Position numbers and translations under genes: made by a program
Notes under the pieces: model-generated
Databases searched by the model: none
Seen by the model: only the letters and a program-made list of their open reading frames with translations
What the model was told of the DNA's origin: nothing
Shown here: piece by piece, positions 61,230 to 64,000 of the stretch
Layout of the letters: the number at the start of each line of letters is the position of its first letter
Numbering within the stretch: the stretch's first letter is position 1
Assembly: GCF_036321535.1 (NCBI RefSeq)
Contig: NC_087436.1
Location: 42,658,001-42,722,000 of the forward strand
Direction of reading: 5' to 3'
DNA from: Camelus dromedarius
Lineage: Eukaryota
Length of the DNA: 64,000 nucleotides

Positions 61230-61772
61230 CCATCAATAGATGACTGGATAACGAAGCTGTGGTACATTTATACAATGGAATACTACTCAGCCATAAAAAC
61301 CGACAACATAACGCCATTTGCAGCAACGTGAATGTCCCTGGAGAATGTCATTCTAAGTGAAGTAAGCCAGAATGAGAAATAAAAATAGCATATGAGATTG
61401 CTCATATGTGGAATCTAAAAAAAAAAAAAAAAAAAAAGAACATAAATACAAAACAGAAACAGACTCAAGACATAGAATACAAACTCGTAGTTGCCAAGTG
61501 GGTGGGGGGTGGTAAGGGACAGACTGGGATTTCAAAATGTAGAATAGATAAACAAGATTATACTATATAGCACAGGGAAATATACACAAGATCTTATGGT
61601 AGCTCACAGTGAAAAAAAATGTGACAATGAATATATGTACGTTCATGTATAACTGAAAAATTGTGCTCTACACTGGAATTTGACACAACATTGTAAAATG
61701 ACTATACTCAATAAAAAATATTAAAAAAATTCTTGTTTTGAAATTTAAATTAAAAGTTTTCCTACAAAAAAA
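61230..61772 (+). mobile_element. 5'-truncated lineage-specific L1 with a probable short 3' transduction
   Basis: ORF2 end (DDWITKLWYIYTMEYYSAIK) plus 3' UTR to AATAAA at 61710-61715 and A-rich tail to 61729; extra 36 bp and second A-run; TSD core AAGATGGACAA at 61216-61226 and 61774-61784. Confidence 0.85.
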
Positions 61773-61784
61773 CAAGATGGACAA

Positions 61785-62040
61785 GAAATATAGAAAGCAT
61801 TGGAAAAAGAAAGTATAAAACAAAGGAGGAAAATGTCTAAGCACAATAGTAAGCACAAAGTAGTTAAGGATTATATTCTTTTGTTAAGTAACAGAGACTC
61901 AGATTGGAGTTGTTTTTTTTTTAATCCAGATATGTGTTGTTTATAAGAGACACATCTATAGCAAGTAACAGGAAAAGGTTGAAAATAAAGGAACAGAGGC
62001 AAATGCTAATGGACCAGAAGTAGGTGTAAAAGTAATACAA
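61785..62040 (+). mobile_element. ancient L1M fragment at the ORF2 endonuclease start (host of the younger L1)
   Basis: CAGAGACTCAGATTGG...ATCCAGATATGTGTTGTTTATAAGAGACACATCTA...AGGTTGAAAATAAAGG...GGCAAATGCTAA. Confidence 0.65.
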
Positions 62041-62477
62041 GGTGAGCCACCTCTCCACTGCACTCCTTTATCTCATGCTTCCTCTAATTTCTGCCAACTC
62101 ATCCATAGCAAACAACATTTTTCACATATCAGCCTATTCACAAAGTAATCTTTCCACTCCTTGGTTTTAACCAAAGTTACCACTTTCCCTGAAGTCTCTT
62201 CAGGTAAGCCGTTAATTCTCCCCAGCTCCCTGTGCTCTGATTTAAGCTTTCTCCTTCTGTAGTTGGTACTGCTTCCTGTCTTACTCCTCCCATCAAACAC
62301 AAAACTTTCTGCTCCTCTGAGATTCAGACTACACAGTTATCTCAACTTTTGTCCCTCTTGCGCTCTGTTCTTACTTAGTAATTCCCCTGCATTTGTTAGA
62401 CTTGGGTATCTTGTTTATTCTGTCATCCTGGAAATTTTCAAAATCGTAACAGCCTCAGAGTTTTGTTCCTAACCAGT

Positions 62478-62945
62478 TGAGGCAGACAGATTTTAAGGTG
62501 GCCCCTGTGATCCCCTTCTCCTGATGGTCCCATCTTTGATTAAGTCCCTCTCTTTAGTGTGGGCAGGGCCTTGACATACTGCTAACCAACAGAATATGGC
62601 AAAGATGATGGAATGTCACTCTATTTTGGCTCCTTTGTTGGCTCGATGAAGTACGGAGCCGCGCTGGAAAACTCACATAGCAAAGAACCGCCTACAGAGA
62701 TCTTTGCCACTAGAAGAGAACTGCCTCCAGGAGCTAAGGGAAGCCCCAGCCCACAGTCAAGCCCTGGCTCTCAGTCCTACAGCCACAGGGAAATCTGCCA
62801 ACATTCTGAGTAAACTGGGAGATAGACTCTTCAACACTCAAACCTCCAGAGGAGAACGCCTTTCAGCCGACACCTTGATTGTGGTATGCTAAGACTCTAC
62901 ATAGAGGACCCAGCTAAGCAGTGCCTGGACTCATGACCCACCAGA
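62478..62945 (+). mobile_element. MaLR LTR (MLT1E-like), 3' end missing
   Basis: GGCAGACAGATTTTAAGGTGGCCCCTGTGATCCCC...CTAACCAACAGAATATGGCAAAGATGATGG...CTCAGTCCTACAGCCACAGGG...GAGGACCCAGCTAAGC. Confidence 0.85.
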
Positions 62946-63689
62946 GAAGGTGGCTACTTTCTATCCCAGAGGGTAACTTTACTTAGAAATTCACCATCTG
63001 CAGATGGAAAGACTAAATCTTTTTGGATGTGTGTTTTTGACATCATTACATCAGTCAAAACCAGAGGATTGTAGTCCATGACAGCGACAGAATTGACAGT
63101 GTGCGTGTTGCCTGTGTTAACAGACAATCCATTGGCTAATTAATCAAAGACATTGCTGAGAACATTTTTATCTTATTAGAGTTTAACTTCCAGTTGGATA
63201 TAATGAGCAGTGATACTATTCTCATTGCTTTGAGTGGTTCAGCCCTAATGCACAAACATTTTAACCTCCAACTCTAATCTCTCTCCAGTACGACTAAGAA
63301 CATTTCAGTCAGCATGTCAGCAGCCAGCATCTCTTTTCTCTTCCTCCTTTCAGGATGGCAGCTTCAATTAGTAGTTTGTCATCCTACTTTCATATGCTCT
63401 CTGTACAGTAATATTTTACTTGCCATTATCCCAGCCCTCCTACTGATTCCATTAAAGAGTAAGCCAGGAGCAGATTTTCTTTGACTCAAGCTTTTGGTTC
63501 TTACTTTGTTTTTCCTGGCAGATACAGTTCCTTTATTATATGTAACACCTATGGTAATTGCTGCCGCTTCAAAAAATCTTTTCTGAACGTTATTAAGACA
63601 TGAAGAAAGAAAAAGTGTTCACAAAATAGAGATATTATCTTTATTTACATTCCAGTATTCTCTGAGGGAAAAAAGAAGTGGAAAGCTTT

Positions 63690-63905
63690 CACCCTGGTGT
63701 CTCATTAATTCTGACAACATCCCTAGAGGCAGGGAAGTGACGAGAACCATTATTCATGTTATAGAGGAAGAAACACCAAAAAACCCAGAGAGGTTAGATA
63801 TCTTGTTGTAGGTGACACAGTTATTAGGAGACTGGAGGGAAAAAACATACACACAAACCTCAGATTTCTGACTCTGAGGTAGTTCAGTCATTTCTCCACT
63901 CTGCT
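63690..63905 (-). mobile_element. MIR SINE (degenerate)
   Basis: TCTCATTAATTCTGACAACATCCC...GAGGAAGAAAC...CCCAGAGAGGTTAGATATCTTG...GGTGACACAG. Confidence 0.65.
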
Positions 63906-64000
63906 TATAGGTATCTGTTTGTAAAGCCCACCTTACTTTTAAATGTTGTAGGCAATTAGTTACATGACAAAAATGTAGGGTAACTCAAACCTCCAAACCT

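Noticed and set aside
61008..61331. ORF with a duplicated TMEYYSAIK motif
   Set aside because: Two separate L1 ORF2-end fragments of different age that happen to be in frame, not a repeat-domain protein.
1..64000. ORF track entries (60-154 aa) as protein-coding genes
   Set aside because: Lengths fit chance expectation, many start at GTG/TTG, many lie in LTR/LINE relics or simple repeats, and none resembles a cellular protein I recognise.
1..64000. CRISPR array, operon, defence island or other prokaryote-type system
   Set aside because: The sequence is mammalian; there are no regularly spaced repeats with spacers and no dense coding regions.

Overview
Mammalian nuclear DNA: AT-rich, CpG-depleted, no CpG island, and almost certainly camelid (camel, llama or alpaca). 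It carries a tRNA-Ala-derived vic-1-type SINE plus MIR, L2, L3, MaLR and L1 elements, and I see no Alu, BovB/Bov-tA or PRE-1. It reads as intronic or intergenic sequence, by eye roughly 40-50% recognisable transposon relics. These include several solo LTRs and L1 insertions with intact target-site duplications (TSDs) and nested insertions. None of the supplied ORFs is a credible gene: they are short, many use GTG/TTG starts, and many lie in repeats. I found no rRNA, true tRNA, snRNA, CRISPR array or prokaryote-like system, and I cannot support a claim of a new biological system. The best leads are modest: (i) a chain of short minus-strand candidate exons at 39184-43422 with consensus splice signals and one continuous open frame; (ii) isolated plus-strand candidate exons at 1018-1111 and 16051-16120; (iii) unusual retrotransposition products (a short 3' transduction, an orphan internal ORF2 fragment with its own TSD, a possible twin-priming inversion); (iv) a 30-bp-arm hairpin split by a tiny L1; (v) a CTCF-like site and repeat-free blocks that may be enhancers. 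Repeat family names come from recalled consensus similarity, not a database search. Boundaries without TSDs are approximate.
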